Below are positions 16,552 to 24,763 of a DNA stretch of 25,942 nucleotides, piece by piece. Position numbers and translations under genes: made by a program. The DNA comes from Bacteroidota bacterium. GTDB lineage: Bacteria; Bacteroidota; Bacteroidia; UBA7662; JAYWHZ01. The DNA is taken from positions 1-25,942 of the forward strand of contig JAYWHZ010000356.1 of assembly GCA_043777395.1 (NCBI GenBank). Reading direction: 5' to 3'. Position 1 is the stretch's first letter; each line of letters opens with the position of its first letter. The notes under the pieces are model-generated. The model was given only the letters and a program-made list of their open reading frames with translations. It searched no databases and was not told where the DNA came from.

Positions 16552-16938
16552 ATGAAAAAGAATTATTTTTTATTGCTCATGTATTTATTTTTGAACATTG
16601 GTTGTGTTTTTTCGCAAGGCACGGGCATTGACTATCAGGCGATAGCCAAAAACACGAGCGGTCAGGTGTTGTGCAACCAAACGCTCACCATTCGGTTCAA
16701 TATTCTAAGCAATTCATCGAGCGGTACGTTGGTCTTTTCCGAAACGCATAGGGTCAGAACCGATTATTTGGGTTCATTTGGGGTTATTGTTGGGGAAGGA
16801 AGTGTTGTTAGTGGCGATTTTTATCATCTTGATTGGAACAATTCTCATTTTCTAAAAGTAGAGTTTGACCCATCAGGCGGCAATGCTTTTGTAGATTTAG
16901 ATATTTTGCCCATTCACACGGTTCGCATCGTGCATTAG
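16552..16938 (+). CDS. Secreted protein consisting only of the conserved N-terminal domain of Bacteroidota fibre/collagen-like surface proteins
   Basis: Signal peptide VFS|Q, then GIDYQAIAKN.SG..L.NQ...IRF.IL.....GT.VFSETH...TD..G.F...VGEG...SG.F..LDW...FLKVE.D..GG. This matches the recurrent ...YQAV.RN...ETH.....NGL...IG.G...IDW...FLK.E.D..GG...SVPYAL N-domain. Start at ATG 16552. Confidence 0.75.
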   Translation: MKKNYFLLLMYLFLNIGCVFSQGTGIDYQAIAKNTSGQVLCNQTLTIRFNILSNSSSGTLVFSETHRVRTDYLGSFGVIVGEGSVVSGDFYHLDWNNSHFLKVEFDPSGGNAFVDLDILPIHTVRIVH

Positions 16939-16950
16939 CAGCAAATGGGT

Positions 16951-18069
16951 TCAAAATGCCTCGTTCAATGTGATGTAGAGTTCGCTGCCTTGTTGGTTGT
17001 TTATGGCATAATCGACCCTAAAAGTCAGTCGGTCTTTTTGGTTGAGCAGAATGCGAATGCCTCCACCGTATCCTACTTTTAAGTTGCTGATATTAAGTTC
17101 ATTAAGTGAATTTTTATATACATCACCGAGGCTACAAAACGCCGTTGCACCAAAGAGTTTCCATATTTTGAGACGCACTTCGGCTTGGCTCGACACATAG
17201 TGCTGGTCTCGGTACCGCCCCGAAATGAAGCCACGCATCTGGGCATTTGTGGACATATTGTTGCCCAAAAGTGCCAGTTTATTGAATGGTACATTGCCAA
17301 AATTGCCTTCGGCATAGACTTGAAAAGCCAAAATATTGGTCTTATGGAGCGGTATGTAGGTTCTCATATCGATAAAATAGTAGTTGTAGTTAAATTGACT
17401 GCCAATGATTTTGCTGTGCCAGAGGTTTCCAATTTCTACAAACACGCCTTTGTGTGGCACAAAACGGTTGTCTCTGCTGTCGTACATCAAATCGAGTCCC
17501 AAACCTGAGGTAACGCTGCCTTTTGAGCCTGCTATCTGCCCTTGGGCGAGTTGTTTGTCGGGGTTGGTTTCGATGTTGTAGAGGTTTTGATAGCGTATTT
17601 GCAAGCCCAGATAGAGGTTTGGTTTGGTTTTTCGGAGTATTCTGCTGTTGAAGTTCCAGCGTTCAAAGGTAAAGGATTCGTCGTTTTCGTTTGGTGTTTG
17701 GTTGCCGATGCCCCAGTAGCGTTCAAAGAAATTGGAGTAGTTGAGGTTTGTTCTTAAAAAGTAGGTGTTTTGTTTCAAAAAGGCGTTTAGCGACAAGTCA
17801 ATGAGCGTTTGTTTGCGTTGGGTGTAGGTCATTTCGGCACTCACAAACGACTGTTTGGTGATGGTGTCTTTGCTCCAATGAAAATAATATGCCCCTGCGA
17901 CCGAGAACGCCCATTTGGTTTCGGGGCTATACGACACCGAGGCTGCGGGTACAAAACGGAGGTTGATGTTGGTGAGACTGTCGATAAATTTTGAGACACG
18001 AGGGTGCTGTGCAAAGAGTGTGTTGGGCAGTATGAAGGTGAGGAGTAGGGCGGCGGTAAAGTATTTCAC
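16951..18069 (-). CDS. Barrel-only Omp85 / BamA-TamA family outer-membrane protein (no POTRA domains)
   Basis: Signal peptide MKYFTAALLLTFILPNTLFA|Q from GTG 18069; YDSRD....P..G; MRGF..GRYRD (VRGF/Y-type loop 6 motif); G.GIR.......R.DYA; C-terminal LNEAF. -7 box TACTTTTG (minus strand) at 18094-18101. Confidence 0.88.
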   Translation of the reverse strand: MKYFTAALLLTFILPNTLFAQHPRVSKFIDSLTNINLRFVPAASVSYSPETKWAFSVAGAYYFHWSKDTITKQSFVSAEMTYTQRKQTLIDLSLNAFLKQNTYFLRTNLNYSNFFERYWGIGNQTPNENDESFTFERWNFNSRILRKTKPNLYLGLQIRYQNLYNIETNPDKQLAQGQIAGSKGSVTSGLGLDLMYDSRDNRFVPHKGVFVEIGNLWHSKIIGSQFNYNYYFIDMRTYIPLHKTNILAFQVYAEGNFGNVPFNKLALLGNNMSTNAQMRGFISGRYRDQHYVSSQAEVRLKIWKLFGATAFCSLGDVYKNSLNELNISNLKVGYGGGIRILLNQKDRLTFRVDYAINNQQGSELYITLNEAF

Positions 18070-18093
18070 GGTTGAAACTGATTTATTTTTCGT

Positions 18094-18130
18094 CAAAAGT
18101 ATAAAGTATTTATTAAAAAGCGTAAATTTG
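18094..18130. promoter_or_regulatory. Back-to-back Bacteroidota -7 elements (omp85 leftward, porW rightward)
   Basis: CAAAAGTA 18094-18101 (TACTTTTG on the minus strand) and TAAATTTG 18123-18130 on the plus strand. Confidence 0.6.
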
Positions 18131-18311
18131 CATCAATTGCATTAAAATAAATTGATTAAAATAACGTTTTGACGGTTTGTAGTCGGCAATGTGTATAGGT
18201 TTTGATGGTTCGACATTTAAATGATAGACTGATGATTGACTTCAACAAATGCAATAATTACAGATTTGATGGCATAAATCGGACCTTTAACAAACACTAA
18301 ATCAACAAAAA

Positions 18312-21035
18312 ATGATAAAATATTGGCTTATCAACCTCTTGTTTGCGGGTCTATTGATGCAGCAGACCACAGTTTTGGCACAAGAAGACAGCAAGTTGAG
18401 CAAGGCACGCATTCGTGCCGAAAAAAACAAATCTGCATTGGAGCAAAAGATAAACGACAGACGTGATAAGAAGAACGCCAATCCGAGTTGGTTTAGGCGC
18501 ACATACCACAACGTAACGGCTCACTACAACGGCTACTACAACGCACAAACCAAACTTTCGCAGCTCGAAAAGGAATTTAAAAACAAGCCGCAAGACGATT
18601 ATGCCAAGATTTTGCACGTTTTTCCAGTCGATGCAACGGCACACCAAGGCTCGAGCGGTGTGTATGATTTGGCTATCAAAAAATGTTCTAAGGTCATACA
18701 AAACCACGCCATCAGCAGCTGGGCAGACGAGAGTTATTCGATTATCGGAAAATCGTATTTTTATAGGAAAGAATTTTTTGAGAGCATAGAGACGTTTCAG
18801 TTTATCTCGGGAAAGTTTGTGAATGAAACCACACAGCCCGAGGCACTCATTTGGGCAGCCAAAGCGTATGTTGCCACCAAACAATATGAGGAAGCCAAAA
18901 ATACGCTCACCATTGGCGAGCAAAACCCCAAGTTTCCGAGCAAATACAAAAGCGACCTCAACGCAGCCTATGCCCAAATGCACATTGAGCAACGAGAATA
19001 CGACGACGCCATCAAGAGGCTCAACAACGCTTTGCGTTTTACCAAAGACAAGACCACCCGCACCCGCTACAATTTTATATTAGGGCAGCTGTATCAGATT
19101 GAAAAAAAGCCCAAGCAAGCCATCAATGCCTATAACCTCGTGGCGAAAGAACACCCCGAATACGAGATGTATTTTAACACCCAAATCAACATTGCGAAGC
19201 TGTTTGACAAGGGTTTTTCGTCGGCTTCGACCATCAAAGGGCAGCTCTCAAAAATGATTAAAGATGCCAAAAACAAAGATTATTTAGACCAAATCTATTA
19301 TGAACTTGGCAGCATAGCAATAAAAGAAAATGAAACCGACAAGGCACAAAACTATTTTTTGCAGTCTTTAAAAGCATCAAAGACCAACTACAACCAGAAG
19401 GCAAGCACTTATTTGGCATTGGCAACGCTCTATTTTGACAAGCAAAAATATGTACCTGCAAGAAATTATTATGACAGTGCGACGGTTATTTTGCCCCAAG
19501 ATTTTCCAGATTATAACAAAATCATGGCTCGCAAGGATTACCTCAATGAATTGGTATATAACCTGATAGCCATTCAAACCCAAGACAGCCTACTGGCTCT
19601 CAACAAACTTTCGGACACTGAACTCTACGCATTGATAGACAAAACACTCAACAACAGAAAGATAGCCCAAGAAAAAAAGCAAAGAGAAGAACAAGAAAAA
19701 CAAAAAATGCAAGATACAAACGCAGGCAATCCCAATGCCTTTGCAGGTCAATTTAGGGGCGAAGACAATTTTAACAACCCTTTGATAAGAGTTGGGCAAG
19801 CGGACTTTAACCAGCAAAATGCATGGTATTTTTATAATGAACAAGCCAAAAGACAAGGCTACAACGAGTTTGTAAGAAAATGGGGACAACGCACGCTTGA
19901 AGACAACTGGCGAAGAAGCCAAAAGCAAAGCAATAGTTTTGCCAACAACAGCACCAACAACCCCAACGACACAAGCACAACAAACAAACAGCAGACCGAA
20001 AGAGAAGAATGGTTTGCCAATGTACCCAAATCAAAAAGCGACATTGAGAAAGCCAACACGACCATCATAAACGCCTATTTTGGTGCCGCAAGCATCTACC
20101 AAACCAAAATGGAAAACAACCCAAAAGCCATAGAAACATACGACCAACTGGTAAGAAGATACGAAAAAAACAAATATTTGCCCGAAATTTATTACTCGCT
20201 ATACCTCATCTACCAAAAAATAAACAACAACGAAAAGGCAAATTACTACAAAAATTTGTTGGTTAATGGGTTTCCAAACAGCAACTTTGCCCAGCTCATC
20301 ACCAACCCATCTGCCGCCACCAACGGTTTATCTAAAAACAGTGTCGCAAAAAAACTTTACGAAGAAACCTATGCCGATTTTATAAACAAAAACTACACGA
20401 GCGTCATGACCAAAAGCGAAAATGCCATCAAAGCGGGTGCTTCAACAGATTATTTGCCAAAATTTGCATACCTCAAAGCCGTTTCTATCGGAAAAACATC
20501 AGAGAAAGATAAATTTATTACCGCTTTGCAGCAGTTTATAAGCCAATACCCGCAAAGTCCACTCAAAGAAAACGCCGAGATACTGCTCCAAAACCTGATG
20601 GGCAGCCAGCCACCAGCCAACAAACAAACCGCCAACACACCCGAAAAAACGCCCCAAAATCCGAACGAACCCTTTGTGATGCAGCCCGACGAAGAACACT
20701 ATTGCGTGTTTGCCATACCCCAAAACGACGTGAACTATCTCGACCTGCAAGTGCGTGTCAATACCTTCAACGCAGAAAATTTTGAAAGCCTGAACATCAA
20801 AACCTCTTCCATGATTATGGGCATGGATTATGAACTGATACTCGTCAAATCGTTTGCCAACAAACAAAAAGCGATGAGCTATTTTATAGAAACCATGCCA
20901 CAAAATTTTGTACTCAAAGAAATGGGCAACGCCTACCAATTTGTGATTACCAAAGATAATTTTGCAACGCTATATCGCCTCAAAATGGTGCAGCAATACC
21001 AATCCTATTTCGATAAAAATTATTTCAAACCCTAA
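18312..21035 (+). CDS. sprE: Type IX secretion / gliding TPR protein PorW/SprE
   Basis: YHNVTAHYN.YYN; W.DESY.IIGKSYFY; Y..YFN..I..A; KD.KN.DYLDQIYY; YLALA.LYF...Y..A..YYDS; L......QDSLL.L; WYFYN.....G...F...WG.R.LEDNWR; multiple TPRs; 907 aa. Confidence 0.88.
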   Translation: MIKYWLINLLFAGLLMQQTTVLAQEDSKLSKARIRAEKNKSALEQKINDRRDKKNANPSWFRRTYHNVTAHYNGYYNAQTKLSQLEKEFKNKPQDDYAKILHVFPVDATAHQGSSGVYDLAIKKCSKVIQNHAISSWADESYSIIGKSYFYRKEFFESIETFQFISGKFVNETTQPEALIWAAKAYVATKQYEEAKNTLTIGEQNPKFPSKYKSDLNAAYAQMHIEQREYDDAIKRLNNALRFTKDKTTRTRYNFILGQLYQIEKKPKQAINAYNLVAKEHPEYEMYFNTQINIAKLFDKGFSSASTIKGQLSKMIKDAKNKDYLDQIYYELGSIAIKENETDKAQNYFLQSLKASKTNYNQKASTYLALATLYFDKQKYVPARNYYDSATVILPQDFPDYNKIMARKDYLNELVYNLIAIQTQDSLLALNKLSDTELYALIDKTLNNRKIAQEKKQREEQEKQKMQDTNAGNPNAFAGQFRGEDNFNNPLIRVGQADFNQQNAWYFYNEQAKRQGYNEFVRKWGQRTLEDNWRRSQKQSNSFANNSTNNPNDTSTTNKQQTEREEWFANVPKSKSDIEKANTTIINAYFGAASIYQTKMENNPKAIETYDQLVRRYEKNKYLPEIYYSLYLIYQKINNNEKANYYKNLLVNGFPNSNFAQLITNPSAATNGLSKNSVAKKLYEETYADFINKNYTSVMTKSENAIKAGASTDYLPKFAYLKAVSIGKTSEKDKFITALQQFISQYPQSPLKENAEILLQNLMGSQPPANKQTANTPEKTPQNPNEPFVMQPDEEHYCVFAIPQNDVNYLDLQVRVNTFNAENFESLNIKTSSMIMGMDYELILVKSFANKQKAMSYFIETMPQNFVLKEMGNAYQFVITKDNFATLYRLKMVQQYQSYFDKNYFKP

Positions 21036-21079
21036 AAATCAATTAAAAAAACACCAAGCAATCAATAAAAACCAAACCT

Positions 21080-23365
21080 ATGCCCAATCAAACCAACAAA
21101 AAATCAAACCCAAAAACACCCACAAACCCTAAAAACATCAAACGATTTTGGCAGTTTTATGGCATAGCAATCGCATCAATATTCCTCTTTTTTATTGCCA
21201 TGTCCATGGGATTGCTCACCGATATGCCCACCTTTGAAGACCTCGAAAACCCCAACAACGCCTTAGCAACCGAGGTTTACAGTGCAGATAGCACCCTTTT
21301 GGGCAAAATATACATCGAAAACCGCTCCTACACCAAATACGAAGAACTATCCCCAAACGTCGTCAATGCACTGATAGCCACCGAAGACGCTCGATTTTAT
21401 GAACACTCTGGCATCGACTTCAAAGCACTGATGAGAGCCGTATTTCTGGCAGGCACCGAAGGCGGCGCAAGCACACTAACCCAGCAACTCGCCAAAAACC
21501 TCTACTCCAAACGAAACGCAAACTTCGCCCAACGCATATTCCAAAAATTTAAAGAATGGATTATCGCCACAAAACTCGAACGAAACTACACCAAACAAGA
21601 ACTGATAGCCATCTACCTCAACACGGTGAGCTTCGGAAAAAACGCCTTCGGCATCGCCACAGCCTCAAAAGTCTATTTTAGCACCACACCCGAAAAACTA
21701 AGCACCGACCAAGCCGCAATGCTCATCGGGCTACTGAAAGGAAGCACCTACTACTCGCCAATCAGGCACCCCGAACGAGCAATGGCTCGCCGAAATACAG
21801 TCATAGACCAAATGAACAAATACAACTACATAGACCAAAATACCGCACAAAACCTCAAAACAAAACCCCTAAACCTCAAACTCAAAACCGAAAGCCACTA
21901 CGATGGCATGGCAACATACTTTCGAGAATACCTCAAAACATACCTCAAAAAATGGGGCGAAGAAAATAGAAAACCCGACGGGCAAAAATACAATGTCTTT
22001 ACCGATGGACTCAAAATATACACCACAATAGACTCCAAAATGCAACGCTACGCCGAAGAAACCATGAAAGAACACATGAAAGCACTCCAAGCAACGTTTA
22101 ACGAACACTGGAAAGGCAGAAACCCATGGGACACATACGCAGGCGACAAAGAATATACACAACGAAAAAACTACCTCGCCAAATCAATGAAAAGAAGCGA
22201 CTGGTGGCAATACTACGAACAACAAGGACTATCAAGCCAAGAAATTATTAATAAATTTAATGTACCCGTCGAAACAACGCTCTTTTCGTGGAAAAAAGGC
22301 AAGATAGACACCACACTCAGCCTGCTCGACTCCATCAAACACGCCTCCAAAATACTACACATCGGCTTCATGGCAATGAACCCTCAAACGGCAGAAGTCA
22401 AAGCATGGGTGGGCGGCATCGATATGGAAACATTCCAATACGACCACGTAAACCCCGAAGCACGCAGGCAAGTCGGCTCCACATTCAAACCATTTGTCTA
22501 TGCCCGAGCCATCATGGAAGGCATTCCGCCATGCCAAGGCATTCCAAACGAACGCATCAGGATAGGCGGCTGGTATCCCGAAAACTCCGAAAACCGATAC
22601 GGCGGATACCTCAACATGTTTCAAGGCTTGTCGGCATCGGTCAATATGATTGTCATCAGGCTCATCAAACAAATAGGCTACAAACCCGTTATCGAACTTG
22701 CACGCTCCATGGGCATCACCAGCCCACTGCCCGAAGACTATACCATATCGCTCGGCACAGCAGACCTCTCCGTTTACGAAATGGTAGGGGCCTACGGCAC
22801 ATTTGCCAACAAAGGCGTGTGGCAACAACCCACATTCATCAAACGCATCGAAGACCACAAAGGCAACGTATTGCAAGACTTTACACCCGTATCAAAAGAA
22901 GCCATGAGCGAAGAAGTCGCCTATGCCATGTGCAAAATCATGCAGTCGGTCATCAAAAATGGAACAGGCAAACGCATCACCAACCCCACATACGGCGGCA
23001 TCACCACGCCACTATCTGGCAAAACAGGCACCACACAAGACAATACCGACGGCTGGTTTATGTGCTACAGCCCCGAGATAGTCTGCGGCGCTTGGGTCGG
23101 CGGCGACGAACGCATCATCCGTTTTAGAAGCACGGCTCTGGGGCAAGGTGCAAACTCGGCTCTGCCAATGGTCGGTAAGTTTCTAAGAAAATGCTACGAC
23201 GATAAAAAACTCGGCTACACAGGCAAAGACTTTGAACCACCCAAAGAAAAACCCAACGAACAATCCAAAATAATCACCGATTGCAGCAAGTTTGGAGGAA
23301 GCAGAAGCCCATCGAGTGGCAACACAAACACCAACAACTCTGCCGACGAACTCTTTAACGAATGA
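21080..23365 (+). CDS. mrcA: Class A penicillin-binding protein 1A (GT51 transglycosylase + transpeptidase)
   Basis: Single N-terminal TM helix; EDARFYEHSGID; GASTLTQQLAKNL; K.KEW; YLN; RRN.V; SxxK GSTFKP; SxN SVN; KTG KTGTTQ. Confidence 0.96.
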   Translation: MPNQTNKKSNPKTPTNPKNIKRFWQFYGIAIASIFLFFIAMSMGLLTDMPTFEDLENPNNALATEVYSADSTLLGKIYIENRSYTKYEELSPNVVNALIATEDARFYEHSGIDFKALMRAVFLAGTEGGASTLTQQLAKNLYSKRNANFAQRIFQKFKEWIIATKLERNYTKQELIAIYLNTVSFGKNAFGIATASKVYFSTTPEKLSTDQAAMLIGLLKGSTYYSPIRHPERAMARRNTVIDQMNKYNYIDQNTAQNLKTKPLNLKLKTESHYDGMATYFREYLKTYLKKWGEENRKPDGQKYNVFTDGLKIYTTIDSKMQRYAEETMKEHMKALQATFNEHWKGRNPWDTYAGDKEYTQRKNYLAKSMKRSDWWQYYEQQGLSSQEIINKFNVPVETTLFSWKKGKIDTTLSLLDSIKHASKILHIGFMAMNPQTAEVKAWVGGIDMETFQYDHVNPEARRQVGSTFKPFVYARAIMEGIPPCQGIPNERIRIGGWYPENSENRYGGYLNMFQGLSASVNMIVIRLIKQIGYKPVIELARSMGITSPLPEDYTISLGTADLSVYEMVGAYGTFANKGVWQQPTFIKRIEDHKGNVLQDFTPVSKEAMSEEVAYAMCKIMQSVIKNGTGKRITNPTYGGITTPLSGKTGTTQDNTDGWFMCYSPEIVCGAWVGGDERIIRFRSTALGQGANSALPMVGKFLRKCYDDKKLGYTGKDFEPPKEKPNEQSKIITDCSKFGGSRSPSSGNTNTNNSADELFNE

Positions 23366-23449
23366 ATAATCTTGCAACAACAATAAAAAATTATTAAAAA
23401 ATTAAATTGAAGAATAAAAAGTAAAAAGTAAAGAATACAATTCCAATCC

Positions 23450-24211
23450 ATGCAAATAAACCCACAACTACAAGCCACTTACGACAGCCAATACCTCAAC
23501 CAACAGCAAGAATGGCGGACAATAGGCGCCAAATATAAATTTGAAAACATTAAAAACATCACCCAAAACCAAACCTTCGAGACCGTCATAGAAATTGGGG
23601 CTGGCGATGGAAGCATCTTGGCATTGATGAACGAATACCCAAACTTTAGTCGCCTCTATGCCGTCGAAATCTCAACATCGGGGCTGGAAGCCATCAACCA
23701 ACGAAAACTCTCCAAACTCGAACAAGCAAGCCTTTTTGATGGCTACAAGACGCACTATCCCGACGATTTTTTTGACCTGGCGATACTCTCCCACGTACTC
23801 GAACACGTGGAATACGAACGCCCACTGCTGCGTGAAATGAAACGAATCTCCAAAAATCAAATCATAGAAGTGCCAAGAGACTACCGATTTGATGCCGACA
23901 AGCGAATCAAACACTACCTCAACTACGGACACATCAATCTGTACACGCCCACATCGCTGCGGTTTTTGCTCAAAAGCGAAGGTTTCCAACTCCTCAAAAC
24001 AATGGCATTGCCTATACCAAAACAAGTGTGGAACTATGTCTACAACCAAAACAAAAAACAAAAAACGCCACTCAAATTCCTCAAACACCAACTCACTTTT
24101 TGGTTCAAAACCTTACTCTCCAAAATACCTTTTCGCCTCCTGAATGAATATGCCTGCAACTCAATCACCATTTTGTGTAGCAAAGGAACCGAAAATATAA
24201 AAATTTTCTAA
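23450..24211 (+). CDS. Class I SAM-dependent methyltransferase
   Basis: Motif I IEIGAGDG; AVEIS; FDG...YPDD.FDL.ILSHVLEHV; IIEVP; GHIN.YT..S. Confidence 0.87.
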   Translation: MQINPQLQATYDSQYLNQQQEWRTIGAKYKFENIKNITQNQTFETVIEIGAGDGSILALMNEYPNFSRLYAVEISTSGLEAINQRKLSKLEQASLFDGYKTHYPDDFFDLAILSHVLEHVEYERPLLREMKRISKNQIIEVPRDYRFDADKRIKHYLNYGHINLYTPTSLRFLLKSEGFQLLKTMALPIPKQVWNYVYNQNKKQKTPLKFLKHQLTFWFKTLLSKIPFRLLNEYACNSITILCSKGTENIKIF

Positions 24212-24238
24212 AAAAGTGATTGCCATTTAATTATTCAG

Positions 24239-24246
24239 TACCTTTG
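24239..24246 (+). promoter_or_regulatory. Bacteroidota -7 element immediately upstream of leader ORF 24254
   Basis: TACCTTTG ends 7 nt before the TTG start, implying a (near-)leaderless mRNA. Confidence 0.6.
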
Positions 24247-24253
24247 CGAGGAT

Positions 24254-24640
24254 TTGAAAAAGTTTATCTACATATCGTTTCTGCCCATTGGTTTTTGGCT
24301 CATCTTGGCGTGCTTTGGAATGCAAAAAAAATTCCAAGGCTTCCAACAGAGGGTGCAAATTGCCCAATACCAAAAAACAAACCACCATGCCGTCGATAAA
24401 ACACACGTGGAGGCAAAGCCTATTGTGTGTGGCAATTTTCTGCGACTAAGAGGCGACATACAGACACAGGGCGAACAAAACAACCTCAAAACTTATCACA
24501 ACTTCCTTGTTATAAACAACGATTTTTCGCATTACCACCAAAACTACGCACAAGCATTTTTTGAACTGCTGGCTGCCTCCTCTTTCGCTTTTGACCTAAG
24601 CAACAAACTTTTTGTATTATACCAAACTTTTAGAGTTTGA
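24254..24640 (+). CDS. Hypothetical exported protein / putative leader ORF of an efflux operon
   Basis: TTG start; MKK + hydrophobic stretch ending ILAC; 6 His; C-terminus LFVLYQTFRV; lies between a -7 box and the TolC gene. Confidence 0.6.
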   Translation: MKKFIYISFLPIGFWLILACFGMQKKFQGFQQRVQIAQYQKTNHHAVDKTHVEAKPIVCGNFLRLRGDIQTQGEQNNLKTYHNFLVINNDFSHYHQNYAQAFFELLAASSFAFDLSNKLFVLYQTFRV

Positions 24641-24763
24641 TAATAATACGTTTTTTTACACCTCGTTTTCTTTCTTTTAATTTCATAGCACCATTCCAAG
24701 GCATTTGATTGGATTGGCAGCATTTAATTATTTAATCATTCAAATATTAAAAAATCTCTATAA

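Noticed and set aside
18189-18224. 11-codon uORF (MCIGFDGSTFK) in the porW leader
   Set aside because: Too short, with no regulatory codon run or attenuator hairpin; expected by chance.
22288-23127. 279-aa alternative-frame ORF inside PBP1A
   Set aside because: Its first codon position is PBP1A's third position, which is depleted of T, so stop codons are rare. The product is low-complexity R/H/Q-rich.
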